DNA of 64,000 bases. Origin: Nannocystis sp. SCPEA4 (GTDB lineage Bacteria > Myxococcota_A > Polyangia > Nannocystales > Nannocystaceae). A program made the translations under genes and the position numbers. Below the pieces are notes generated by a model that was given only the letters and a program-made list of their open reading frames with translations, ran no database searches and was not told where the DNA came from. This document shows, one piece after another, positions 29,269 through 38,975 of the stretch. The stretch is taken from positions 297,329-361,328 of the forward strand of contig NZ_JAPNJX010000021.1 in NCBI RefSeq assembly GCF_026626685.1, given 5' to 3'. Each line of letters opens with the position of its first letter. Position 1 is the first letter of the stretch.

Positions 29269-30651
29269 ATGGTCTCGCGCGGTCGCTTGCGACGTTCGGA
29301 CATCGTCGGCGACTGCCCCCACCCGCGCGGACGGGCCCGTGCTTCCGTCGTCCTCGGCCTCGCGACGCTGCTCGGCCTCGCCTGTCGCCCCGACGACCCG
29401 CCCGCCGACAAACCTGTCCCTCCGGACAGCCCCGCCTCCACCCTCACCGTCTACCGGTTCGCTCGCGTCGTCACCGCCCCGCACCAGGTCGTCGAGGGCG
29501 GCGCCGTGGTCGTCGACGGCAAGCGCTTCCACGGCGTCCTCGCGGCCGGCGAGGCCCTGCCCGCCGGGGCCGAGATCGTCGACTACACCCGCTACACCGC
29601 GATCCCCGGGCTCATCGACGCCCACACGCACATCACCTTTTGCTGGGACCCCGCGTGGGGCGAGCGGGCCCCGCACGACCCGTTCCAGATCGCCCAGTCG
29701 AAGGCGCAGCTGCAGCCGCTGGTGGCCGCCAACGCCCGCACGCTGCTGTCGCTCGGCGTCACCACCATCCGCGACCTCGGCTCCGACAACATGCTCGACC
29801 TCGAGACCGGGCGGAAGATCGAGGCCGGCGAGCTCGTCGGCCCGCGGATCTTCGGCGCCGGCGACGGCGTGTGGTCGTCCCGGCTCGCGCCCAAGGAGTC
29901 GAACCGGCCCGGCCAGGCCGACGGCCCCGAGCAGATCGCCGCCACCGTGCGCCGCGAGATCGACGCCGGCGTGCACGTCGTCAAGCTGTGGGCCTCGACC
30001 GGCAGCGACGACGACCTCACCGGCGAGCGCACCTACTCGTACGAGGAGATCAAGGCCGCCGTCGACGTCGCCCACGCGCGCGGGATCCCCGTCGCCGTCC
30101 ACGACACCCTCGGCGTCGTCACCGACGACATCGTCCGCGCCGGCGCCGACAGCGTCGAGCACCCGCGTCACCTGTCCCCCGAGACACTCGCGGCGATGCG
30201 CGAGCGCGGCGTCGCCTACGTGCCGACCATCCACCACAATCACTACTACCGCGACAACATCGAGCGCTTCGGCTTCAGCCCCGACAAGCGCGCCGCCTTC
30301 GACGCCTTCATCGCCGACAACGTCGCCACCGCTCGCGCCGCCCACGCCGCCGGCGTAGCGATCGTCATGGGCTCCGACGCCGTCTACACCGCCTTCGACC
30401 AGAGCACGCGCGAGCTCGACGTGTTCGTCCGCGACGTCGGCATGACCCCCATGGAGGCGCTCGCCACCGCCACCACCAACGCCGCCAAGCTGCTGCGCAT
30501 CGACGACCGCCTCGGCGCGATCCGGCCGGCCTACCTCGCCGACTTCGTGGTGCTCGACGGCGACCTGTCGCAGATCGATCACATCCACAACGTGGTCGCG
30601 GTGGTGAAAGAGGGCGCCGTCGTGTTCGAGAAGTCAGCGGCGAGCAATTAG
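29269..30651 (+). CDS. Amidohydrolase-family metal-dependent hydrolase lipoprotein (imidazolonepropionase / Xaa-Pro dipeptidase-like)
   Basis: Lipobox LLGLAC; GLIDAHTHI metal-binding motif; VHVVKLWAS...; GIPVAVHD; 460 aa. Confidence 0.75.
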   Translation: MVSRGRLRRSDIVGDCPHPRGRARASVVLGLATLLGLACRPDDPPADKPVPPDSPASTLTVYRFARVVTAPHQVVEGGAVVVDGKRFHGVLAAGEALPAGAEIVDYTRYTAIPGLIDAHTHITFCWDPAWGERAPHDPFQIAQSKAQLQPLVAANARTLLSLGVTTIRDLGSDNMLDLETGRKIEAGELVGPRIFGAGDGVWSSRLAPKESNRPGQADGPEQIAATVRREIDAGVHVVKLWASTGSDDDLTGERTYSYEEIKAAVDVAHARGIPVAVHDTLGVVTDDIVRAGADSVEHPRHLSPETLAAMRERGVAYVPTIHHNHYYRDNIERFGFSPDKRAAFDAFIADNVATARAAHAAGVAIVMGSDAVYTAFDQSTRELDVFVRDVGMTPMEALATATTNAAKLLRIDDRLGAIRPAYLADFVVLDGDLSQIDHIHNVVAVVKEGAVVFEKSAASN

Positions 30652-31197
30652 CGCGCGCAGCTCCTCGTCGCTCGCATCCGCGAGCGCGAGCACGGCGAGG
30701 TACGGATCGTCGCCCTGCAGCCCGAGCCAGCGCGCGAACGCCGGCTCGGTCTTGAGGCCCTCGCGCTTGTACTGCGTGATCGCGGCGATCGCTGGCGCGC
30801 CCGCCAGCGCCAGCACGCGCGCCTCGACCTGCAAGTGGCGCCACCCGTGCTGCGCCGCCACCGGCTGCGGCTGCCCGAACAGCTCGACCGCGAACTCGCC
30901 CGCGCGGAAGTTCACGACCGTCGAGGCCACCCCGCGCACCGCCACGTGCTGCAGCATGAACCCGGGCAGCGCCGCGTACGCCTCGCATGCGCGCACGAAC
31001 GCGTCCGGCTCGTGCACCTCGCACAGCACGTCGAGGTCGCTCGCCTCGGTGTGGATCGGCAGCGGCAACGTGCCCGCGAGCGCGGGATGAAACGCCACCA
31101 GGCGCTCGAAGACCGCCAACTCCTCCAGCACCGCAGCGGCCCTGCGCTGCCGCGGATCCCCGCGTCGCAACGGCTCGAGGTCGGTCCACGCGCGCAC
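30634..31197 (-). CDS. Hypothetical protein (DUF4269-like / possible nucleotidyltransferase fold)
   Basis: 187 aa with normal composition; G..LPLPIHTEASDLDVLCEV resembles a nucleotidyltransferase GS...D.D motif; 3' end overlaps the amidohydrolase gene by 18 bp (convergent). Confidence 0.5.
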   Translation of the reverse strand: MRAWTDLEPLRRGDPRQRRAAAVLEELAVFERLVAFHPALAGTLPLPIHTEASDLDVLCEVHEPDAFVRACEAYAALPGFMLQHVAVRGVASTVVNFRAGEFAVELFGQPQPVAAQHGWRHLQVEARVLALAGAPAIAAITQYKREGLKTEPAFARWLGLQGDDPYLAVLALADASDEELRALIARR

Positions 31198-31239
31198 GGT
31201 CGCGATCCTAGCCGAATCCCGGGCCAGGTTGATGGGTAC

Positions 31240-31962
31240 TCAGGATCCACCAGACGGCGGCCGGACCAGCAGCAGGATCGCGATGACGATCACGACGACG
31301 GAGACGACCCGCCCGAACGCCTTCTCCGGGATCTTGCGCAGGACGGCGATCCCGAGCGCGGTGCCGGCGACGACGCCGCCGGTGGCGCTCAACAGGAGCG
31401 GCATCGCCGGCTCGAGCGCGTGCCCGCGAATCGCGACGTACACGGGAACCCGCGCGAGGTCGATCATCACCCCCACGGCCGTGCTCGTCGCCACGAACGC
31501 GTCACGCGGCAGCCCGAAGCAGAGGAGTGCGACGGCGCGGATGCCTCCTTGCTCGCCAGCCAACCCTCCCATGAGGCCCGAGAGGGCGCCACCGATCCAC
31601 GCCTCGACCTTGCCGGGCCGCCACTTCCCTCCGACGCCCGTCAATCCCAGCACGCCGGCGAGCGCCAGAAGTACGGCGAAGATCCGCGTCACCCAGCGGC
31701 TACCGACGATGTCGCTGAGCAGCGCGCCGAGCAGCGCCGTCGCGGCGCACGCCAGTCCGAACGTCCTCAGAAGCCGCCAGTCGATCGCGCGGCGCAGCGG
31801 GATCAAGCGGAGCGCGCCACCGACGAGGTGGGGGATCGCGGCGAGCGCCACGGCGACCTTGAAGTCGACGCGCAGCGCGAGCAGCGGCACCAGCATGCTG
31901 CCGATGCCGGCGCCCGCCACCGCCGCGGTCGCGCCGGCGAGGACGGCCACGCCGGCGACCAT
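31240..31962 (-). CDS. TauE/SafE (DUF81) family sulfite/anion exporter-like membrane protein
   Basis: Hydrophobic polytopic sequence MVAGVAVLAGATAAV...; family-typical G-rich TM helices. Start chosen at ATG 31962; a GTG at 31977 overlaps the upstream stop. The listed 655-aa ORF's N-terminal two-thirds is antisense junk. Confidence 0.65.
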   Translation of the reverse strand: MVAGVAVLAGATAAVAGAGIGSMLVPLLALRVDFKVAVALAAIPHLVGGALRLIPLRRAIDWRLLRTFGLACAATALLGALLSDIVGSRWVTRIFAVLLALAGVLGLTGVGGKWRPGKVEAWIGGALSGLMGGLAGEQGGIRAVALLCFGLPRDAFVATSTAVGVMIDLARVPVYVAIRGHALEPAMPLLLSATGGVVAGTALGIAVLRKIPEKAFGRVVSVVVIVIAILLLVRPPSGGS

Positions 31963-31973
31963 GAGCTCGAAGC

Positions 31974-32681
31974 TCACGGCGTGAACCGCTCGAGGTCGTG
32001 GATCTCGAGCGCCTTCTCGAGCTCGCCGACCTCGGCGACGATCGTCTGAAAGCCGCCCCCGCCGAACAGCGCGTGCTCCTTCTCCTCGAATCGCTCGCCG
32101 AGCTCGACGAACGCCGGCCCGCGGACGAGCCCGCGAAAGGCCGGAAAGACGACGGTGTCCTCGCGCGCCGCGTGCGGTCGCATCATGCGGACGTAGCCAC
32201 GCAACGCGACCTGGAGCGGGCCTTCCGCTGCCAGCGCATCCAGGGACGGGCCCGCGCTCGCCTTCCGGATCGCGTCGGTCAGCTCCCGTCCGCGCTGATG
32301 CTGCCGGCGCAACGTCGCCACCAGCTCCTGATGTTCGCCCGCCTCCTCGAGGCGAGGAAACAGGAACTGCTCCTCGAGCTTCTCGTGGTAGTCCTCGACG
32401 AACCGGCGCATCAAGTCCGTCGCCGGATCGAGGGTGGCGAGCGGCGACACGTCGTGCGCCGCAAATCGCGCCAGCGCCGCCTCGTAGACCAACAGCAAGC
32501 GCTCGAGCACGCCGTGCTCGCGCATGAGATCCTCGGTCGGCGTCACCTCCTCCTCGGGTTCGTCTTCCTCGTCGGTCTGCATGTCCCGCTCCCTCGTGCA
32601 CCCGGTCAGCAGCCCCAGCCCGAGGCCGGCGCCGCCCAGGAGCACGTCTCGCCGACCTGTGTCGAACCTGCTCGATCGCAT
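31974..32681 (-). CDS. Hemerythrin-like (HHE cation-binding) domain lipoprotein with Tat signal
   Basis: ACAGGAGGGAG ~6 nt upstream of ATG; MRSSRFDTGRRDVLLGGAGLGLGLLTGC (twin-Arg + lipobox); H/E-rich repeats EDLMREHGVLERLL..., EDYHEKLEEQFLFPRLE..., MRPHAAREDTVVFP... Confidence 0.7.
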   Translation of the reverse strand: MRSSRFDTGRRDVLLGGAGLGLGLLTGCTRERDMQTDEEDEPEEEVTPTEDLMREHGVLERLLLVYEAALARFAAHDVSPLATLDPATDLMRRFVEDYHEKLEEQFLFPRLEEAGEHQELVATLRRQHQRGRELTDAIRKASAGPSLDALAAEGPLQVALRGYVRMMRPHAAREDTVVFPAFRGLVRGPAFVELGERFEEKEHALFGGGGFQTIVAEVGELEKALEIHDLERFTP

Positions 32682-32911
32682 GGGGTCTCCCTCCTGTCGA
32701 CACACCGCCCGGACGACCTCGCCCCGACGACAGCGCCGGTTCTGCGAGCGCGGCAAGTATTCCGCGCGATGCTCGACGAGCAAGCAAGCCCGTCCACGCT
32801 GAAGTGACGCGCTCCAAGACCTCGTGCGAGCCGACCGAGCTCGAGCATCGGTTCGACGGCGCAATGGCCACGAGGTGCGACCGAGCCCCTGCGACCGTGC
32901 GCATTCGCCAG

Positions 32912-33367
32912 TCACGGCTCGAGGACTGTCGTGAACATCGCCCCGAGCGCGAGCTGGCAGTCGGCGGTCCGCTGGTCCGCCCAGTCGCGCGCAGCCTGGA
33001 CGCATACCGGTTCGGGCCGGCCGTCTGCCTGTCTCGGGCAGCGCTCGACGGCCGCGCGGCGCTCGTGTTCGATGCTACCCAGCTCGTCGATCCGGTCGAT
33101 GCAGGCCTGGCCCTCGGGCGACAACGAGCGGCACTGGGCCATGAAACGATCGCCGGCGCGTGCGAGCATCCGGCGCAGCGCGGCCTCTTCCTGCCCGGGC
33201 AGCGCATCCTTCAGCGAGGACTCCCAAACCGTCAGCATGACATCCCGTGCGTGCGCACAACGCCGGTCGTGTTCGCTGCAGCCGAGGAGCACAAGGAGTA
33301 CGGGGGCGACGAGGCGAACACGCACGACTCGAGCGTACGCGAGGCACGGAGCGCCGCCAGCCGTCAT
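32912..33367 (-). CDS. Small Cys-containing lipoprotein, function unknown
   Basis: Lipobox VLLVLLGC; 6 Cys; normal composition; start uncertain (ATG 33367 or an internal GTG giving MRVRLVAPVLLVLLGC). Confidence 0.5.
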   Translation of the reverse strand: MTAGGAPCLAYARVVRVRLVAPVLLVLLGCSEHDRRCAHARDVMLTVWESSLKDALPGQEEAALRRMLARAGDRFMAQCRSLSPEGQACIDRIDELGSIEHERRAAVERCPRQADGRPEPVCVQAARDWADQRTADCQLALGAMFTTVLEP

Positions 33368-33395
33368 GGGGCCCTGGCTCGTGCTCGGGAGATGT

Positions 33396-33880
<485 letters not shown>

Positions 33881-33889
33881 TGATGTTGG

Positions 33890-34140
33890 CGAGCAAGTTC
33901 TCGGCGTTGACGACGGAGCTCTCGGGCGGCCTCGAGTCTGCGGTCGCGCTCGGCGAAGATGACCGTCTGCGCCCCGCGAGCTTGTCGGCCGGCGCAACGT
34001 AGCCGATGGCGCTGTGGAGGCGGCGGGCGTTGTAGTGCTCGACGAAGTCGGGTCCGGGCTCGCGCCCGGAGCACGCAGAGGGTCGGCAGGCCTCCCGCGG
34101 GGAGGCGGCCGGCACACAAGCCCTCTCGCACAGGTGCATC
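33890..34140 (-). mobile_element. C-terminal remnant of an rve-family (IS3/IS481-like) DDE transposase
   Basis: ...DFVEHYNARRLHSAIGYVAPADKLAGR matches the conserved integrase-core end motif (YN..R.HS.LGY..P); only ~80 aa survive and no upstream transposase body was found. Confidence 0.55.
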
Positions 34141-34225
34141 GGACGAGGCGACGAGCCCAGATTCGGGCATGCGGCCCCTTCTTCAGCGACCTGCTAGTCC
34201 TCACTCCGCCTGCCTGTGGATGAGA

Positions 34226-35143
34226 TCAGAAATCCCAGATGACCGGTACCCAGCGGAAGGCTTCACCTTCAATAGCCACGCGGCCGACGGAGGGGAACGG
34301 CAAGTGCGACGCCACCAGCAGGCCGCCCGTCCTGGCAAGTTCGCGGAACAAGCCGATGCGCACGCGCGCCGACTCCTCCGGGTCGTGCTCGAATCCATTG
34401 TGCCAGTCCGGGTGGTCGAACGCGACCAGGAACATGGCGTCGCCGGCGAAGGTCAGGCGCTCGCCGTCCGACGCCAGGTCAACTACGCTGTGGCCAGGGG
34501 TGTGGCCGCCGGTGAGGCGAACCACCACGCCTGGCGCCACCTCGTAGCTGTCCTGGAAAATGCACAGGCGGTCGCGGTACTCTTCCAGAAAGCGCGTGGC
34601 GGTAGTGCGCAGCACGTTCGGCACCGGCGTAGGCATGGACGTCTGGGAGAAGTCCGGCGTGCCCCAGAACTCCACTTCGGCGGCAGCCACGTGGATGCGC
34701 ACATCGGGATTGAGGCGCTGCTTCACATCGTCCACCAGCAGACCGCCCACGTGGTCCATGTGCATGTGGGTGATGATGATGTCGGTGACGGCCGCCAGGT
34801 CGATGCCGGCCGCCTTCAGGCGCTGCGGGAATTGGCCGGCGCGGGGAAAGCCAGCGTACTGGCCGCCCAGGCCCGCGTCGACCAGGATGATCTGCTCGCC
34901 GCTGCGCGCCACCATCACGTTCAGCGGCCAGTCGAACGCGTCCTGCGGCATGTACATGCGGTCCAGCCAGGCCGACAGGTCGGCCGGATCAACGTTGGTG
35001 GCCATGGTCGCGGTGGGCAGCGGCAGCACGCCGTCGCTGACGACCAGCACGTCGATCTCGCCGACCTGCAGCGCGTAGCGGGACGGAACCAGTTCGTTGA
35101 ACTGCTGGCAACCTTGGTGCGCGGTGTTATCTACTGCAAACAT
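34226..35143 (-). CDS. Metallo-beta-lactamase-fold hydrolase (possibly an N-acyl-homoserine-lactonase-like / quorum-quenching type)
   Basis: GGAGG 8 nt upstream of the second ATG (MFAVDNT...); HxHxDH motif THMHMDHVGG; downstream H and D ligands; locally lower GC and atypical codons, which together with its position next to the IS/RND remnants suggests acquisition. Confidence 0.7.
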   Translation of the reverse strand: MFAVDNTAHQGCQQFNELVPSRYALQVGEIDVLVVSDGVLPLPTATMATNVDPADLSAWLDRMYMPQDAFDWPLNVMVARSGEQIILVDAGLGGQYAGFPRAGQFPQRLKAAGIDLAAVTDIIITHMHMDHVGGLLVDDVKQRLNPDVRIHVAAAEVEFWGTPDFSQTSMPTPVPNVLRTTATRFLEEYRDRLCIFQDSYEVAPGVVVRLTGGHTPGHSVVDLASDGERLTFAGDAMFLVAFDHPDWHNGFEHDPEESARVRIGLFRELARTGGLLVASHLPFPSVGRVAIEGEAFRWVPVIWDF

Positions 35144-35550
35144 GATGAGAACCTCCATGAAAACGGCCCGCCTGGGCGGGCCAAGCCAGTCGGGCGACTG
35201 GCAGCAATTGGCTGGTCTTCATCGTAGACAGGGAGCGTACCGTGCGGTAGGCACGCCGAGGGGATCACTGTGGTGCCTGATTTGCACCAAAGGATGAGTG
35301 CGGGTGTTCCGTCTCGCTCGTCGATCCTCCGGCGTTGGTCTCCGAGGCCCCCGACCGCTTCCCCGACCTGCGCGTCGATCCCGAGGGGCCGGAGTTTATC
35401 CCGAGCCCGAACATGACGGGGGTGCGCAAGCTGCCCGATGTGGGCGATCTGCGGGTGAATGCAAGCCACCATCGGCAGCGACGACCGCGCTCGACTCGCC
35501 CGCGCCGTCCGGATCGCACGACCCAGCGTCGGCGACGCCCGGCGTCGATC

Positions 35551-36324
35551 TCAGGGCTGCGCGCCCTGATCGATCCACTGTTGCACGATCTCGCGCTCGG
35601 ACTGGCCCAGGAGGCCGCCGGGCGGCATCTTCTTGCCCTCGCCGCCGACCGATTTGTGGGTGTTGTCCATCTTGTGCCACAGATAGCTGTTGCTGGCGTC
35701 ACCCGGCTCGACGAGCTGCATCGACGGGAGTTGGTCGGAGGCCACGCCGACGAGGTTGTCGTAGGCGTCCTTGCTCGTCAGGTGCAGCTTGCCGGCGCCG
35801 TTGTTGTCCTGATGGCAGCCGCAATTGTCGGCGAGCAGCGGCCAGACATCGGCCGCGAAGCTCGGGCCTGCCTGGCCGTCGCCGGTCGTATCGCCGGTGC
35901 CCTCGGTGCCGCCGGTGCTGCTCGCGTCGGTCGTCTCGCCCGGCGCGCCGGTCGTTCCGGGCCAGGAATCACCGGTGCTGCTCGCGTCGGTCGTCTCACC
36001 CGGAGCGCCGGTCTCGCCCGGCTCGGAGGCCCCGGATTCGCCCGCGCCCTCGGTGTCGTCCGCGTCGCCGGAGGACATGTCGCCGGTGCTCGTCGTCCCC
36101 GGCGAAGTGGTGCCGGCCGCCTCGGTGGTCGAATCGGTGGACCCCCCCGAGCCGTCCGACTCGCCGCCGGCCCCGGCCGAGCCGGACGCCATCGGCGCGC
36201 TGGTGGCGATCGTGGTAGCGCACGGGCCGGCGTGAGCGTCGCTGTCGGCGTCACCACACCCGACCAGGACCAGGGCGAGGACCAATGAATGGAGCGACAA
36301 TGGACAACCGTGGGCACGATCCAT
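35551..36324 (-). CDS. Lipoprotein with S/T/G/D/E-rich repeat linker and a C-terminal PSCyt1-like (planctomycete cytochrome-c-like) domain carrying a variant C-G-C-H motif
   Basis: Lipobox LVLVGC; C-terminal NCGCH...LHLT..DAYDNLVGVAS...SYLWHKM...MPPGGLL..EREIVQQWIDQGA resembles the PSCyt1 consensus (CxxCH...MPP...L...WI..GA) but has CxCH. Confidence 0.55.
   Translation of the reverse strand: MDRAHGCPLSLHSLVLALVLVGCGDADSDAHAGPCATTIATSAPMASGSAGAGGESDGSGGSTDSTTEAAGTTSPGTTSTGDMSSGDADDTEGAGESGASEPGETGAPGETTDASSTGDSWPGTTGAPGETTDASSTGGTEGTGDTTGDGQAGPSFAADVWPLLADNCGCHQDNNGAGKLHLTSKDAYDNLVGVASDQLPSMQLVEPGDASNSYLWHKMDNTHKSVGGEGKKMPPGGLLGQSEREIVQQWIDQGAQP
35912..36030. repeat. Two tandem copies of a ~60 bp coding repeat inside the lipoprotein linker (encodes GAPGETTDASSTGDSWPGTT ...)
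   Basis: Near-identical segment ccggtgctgctcgcgtcggtcgtctc(g/a)cccgg(c/a)gcgccggtc occurs twice, 60 bp apart. Confidence 0.6.
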
Positions 36325-36607
36325 GACGCCAAGGTGCCGACAGTTCCGGCTTCGTGTCAATCTTTCTATGGACATCATGAATCATTCATCATCACGCGAT
36401 TTCACGCGTGGCGGCGGCGCCGCCGCCCACATTCGGCGAAATACGTGTATCGCGACGAAACATGACATTTCAGCGTCCTCGATCCTTCGGCCGTCCAGCT
36501 CCGTCTCACGATCGGCACGACCGGCGCGTGACCCACACCGGCAACCCGCGAGCCGAATCCGCGAACGCGGGCTCGGCCGGGCGTACCACCCCCCATTGCG
36601 ACTCGGC

Positions 36608-37285
36608 CTACACTCTGGATCGACCTCGGAGGTAGGCCGCCCTCTCCCGTCGGCCGGTGCGACTACGAGCGCCCGTACGAGCGCAGGGCGGTGATATCGC
36701 CGCTGCCAGCGCCGGCGCGCTGGCGTCGATCACCTCGCGCAGCACGGCGCTGATCGCCGCAGCCAGGCCCTCGGGGCCGCGTTCCGCCAGCGGCCGCGTC
36801 AGGTCGTACTCGTGCGACCACAGCCGCTCGTGAGTCCGCGCGTCGAGCAGCTCGAGCTCGAGTCGCAGGTGGGCGATCCACTGCGTCTTGGTGAGGTCGA
36901 CCTCCTCGATCGCCAGCACACGACCGTGCAGCTCGGCGTCGATCGACGCGTCGAACTCCCGTTCCACCCGCGCGAACCAGCCGCTCGCCGCATAGCCGTC
37001 GCGGAGCGCGTCGCTCACCAACCCCCCGGGGGGAACGACCCACTCGTGATATTCGTAGCGCTGGAGCCGATACTCGGACTCGCGATAGACGATGCGAGCA
37101 TCGTCGTACGCCCCGGCCACCCGCATGTCTCGCACCAGCAGACTCCCGCGCATCTCCGGTTCGCACGGCGACGGCTCGATGCCGGACGTGGTCGGCAACT
37201 GCACCCGATAGAGATGGGTGGTCGGCACCGTGGGCGCACACGCGAGGATGCCGGCGACCACCGCCGCCCAGATGCCGGGCCTCAT
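36608..37285 (-). CDS. PqiC/YmbA-like ABC-transport auxiliary lipoprotein (Mla/Mce operon accessory)
   Basis: ATG overlaps the MlaD stop (ATGA); MRPGIWAAVVAGILAC lipobox; position immediately after the mce-domain gene is typical. Confidence 0.6.
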   Translation of the reverse strand: MRPGIWAAVVAGILACAPTVPTTHLYRVQLPTTSGIEPSPCEPEMRGSLLVRDMRVAGAYDDARIVYRESEYRLQRYEYHEWVVPPGGLVSDALRDGYAASGWFARVEREFDASIDAELHGRVLAIEEVDLTKTQWIAHLRLELELLDARTHERLWSHEYDLTRPLAERGPEGLAAAISAVLREVIDASAPALAAAISPPCARTGARSRTGRRERAAYLRGRSRV

Positions 37286-38205
37286 GGCAGCGCACGATCC
37301 TTGGGCGGGGCCGAGCGCAGCAGCAGGCTCGGCCGCGTCCTCAACGCGCGAACGAGCGCACGGGCGTCCTGCGACACCCGCCGGATGTTGCCGATCGCCG
37401 CGCGCAGATCGTCCTCGTTGGCGTTCAAGATCGTGGTGGCCCCCACCAGCAGGCGCGAGAGCTCCAGCGAGGCGCCATCGGCGTGCTCGAGCACCGTCGA
37501 GGCTCGCGCCGCGAAGGCATCGACATCGCGGGCCAGATCGCCGAGGTGGGCGCGTCCCTCGTTCAGCGCCCGCTGAAGCTGCCTGCTGGTCGACGCGAGC
37601 GTCCTCGCCGTGCGCTCGCCATGCACGAGGAGCGCCGCCACCCGCTTCGGATCGACGGCCTCGACGATCGCGGCGACCCGCTCCGGATCGATGGCTGCGA
37701 TCACCGCCTTCGCGCCCCGGACGGTCTGCGTCGCATCGGCGACGAGGGTCGTCAGCTCCTCGCCGAGCCCGCTCGCGCGCGCCTCGAGGATCTCGAGCGG
37801 CGTCTCTCCGCGAGGGATGGTGCTGCCGGGGGCCAGCCGGCCGTCGGCGAGCGTCCCTCCCGTGATGTCGATCCCGCGCTGGCCGGTGACCCCGACCCGT
37901 TGAAAGTAGGCCCTGGAGGGCGCAGGGAGGGCGATGCTCGGGTCGATCTTCAGGTCGATCCGCACACGACCGAAATCGCTGCGATCGAGCTCGATCGCGG
38001 CCACTCTGCCGATCTTGACCCCCCGCATCGTCACGGAGGATTCGAGATCGAGGCCCAGGACCCCGCCGCTGGTGATGATGTGATACGTGTCGGCCGGCCT
38101 CCCCAGGCGCAGCCCGCCCACGAGCACGAGCGCCAGCACCAGGATCGTGACGACGCTGACCACGAAGATCCCGAGCTTGACGGCTTGAGTGCGGATCCTG
38201 GCCAT
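37282..38205 (-). CDS. mlaD: MlaD/Mce-family substrate-binding protein
   Basis: N-terminal TM helix; MCE domain ITSGGVLGLDLESSVTMRGVKIGRVAAIELD; 307 aa. Confidence 0.8.
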   Translation of the reverse strand: MARIRTQAVKLGIFVVSVVTILVLALVLVGGLRLGRPADTYHIITSGGVLGLDLESSVTMRGVKIGRVAAIELDRSDFGRVRIDLKIDPSIALPAPSRAYFQRVGVTGQRGIDITGGTLADGRLAPGSTIPRGETPLEILEARASGLGEELTTLVADATQTVRGAKAVIAAIDPERVAAIVEAVDPKRVAALLVHGERTARTLASTSRQLQRALNEGRAHLGDLARDVDAFAARASTVLEHADGASLELSRLLVGATTILNANEDDLRAAIGNIRRVSQDARALVRALRTRPSLLLRSAPPKDRALP

Positions 38206-38210
38206 CGTTT

Positions 38211-38975
38211 CTATTCCACTCCTGGGGCTTGTCGGACCGGATCGAGGCGGAACAACGCCTGCACGTGGGGGTTGTCGCTGCCCTCGAGCATCGAGGGTGC
38301 ACCGGCGGCGCAGATGCCTCCGGCGGCGATGACGACCGTGCGATCGGAGAGCGACCTGACCACCTGCATGTCGTGGGTGACCAACACCACCGTGGAGCCC
38401 TGGGCGTCGCGCAAGCGCGTGAGCTCGCGACCCAGGACCTCGGCGTTGATCGGATCGAGGCTGGCCGTTGGTTCGTCGCAGAAGATGAGCTCGGGCGCGA
38501 GGACGTTGGCGCGAGCCAGCGCGACCCGCTTGGCCTGGCCGCCCGAGATCGCCTGCGGCATTCGTTCGGCCAGCTCGTCCACCCCGAGCCGTGCCAGCTC
38601 GATGAGCGCCAGCTCGTGGATCACGTCGTCGGGCAGGTCGGTCAGCTTGCGGCCGGGAAACATGACGTTGTCGAGGACGGACATCGAGCTGAACAATGCG
38701 TCGTTCTGGAACAGCACCCCCACGCGCGACAGCACGCGCCCACGCGAGCGGGGACGCATCGCGTAGAGGTCCTGCCCGAACAGGTACACCGCGCCCGCGG
38801 CAGGCTCGAGCAGTCCCACCATCGCGCGGAGCAGCGTGGACTTGCCGCTGCCCGAGGCGCCGATGATGCTGACGATCTCGCCCGCGTCGATGCGGAGGTC
38901 GATCCCGGTCAAGACCGGCGCCTCCGCGTATCCGAGGGCCAATCCGCGCAGCTCCACGAGTCCCGACGCCGTCAT
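38211..38975 (-). CDS. mlaF: ABC transporter ATP-binding protein (MlaF-like)
   Basis: Walker A GASGSGKST, signature ISGGQAKRVALARA, Walker B LIFCDEPT, H-loop; ATG overlaps the MlaE stop (ATGA). The listed 502-aa ORF's 5' two-thirds is antisense junk. Confidence 0.8.
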   Translation of the reverse strand: MTASGLVELRGLALGYAEAPVLTGIDLRIDAGEIVSIIGASGSGKSTLLRAMVGLLEPAAGAVYLFGQDLYAMRPRSRGRVLSRVGVLFQNDALFSSMSVLDNVMFPGRKLTDLPDDVIHELALIELARLGVDELAERMPQAISGGQAKRVALARANVLAPELIFCDEPTASLDPINAEVLGRELTRLRDAQGSTVVLVTHDMQVVRSLSDRTVVIAAGGICAAGAPSMLEGSDNPHVQALFRLDPVRQAPGVE

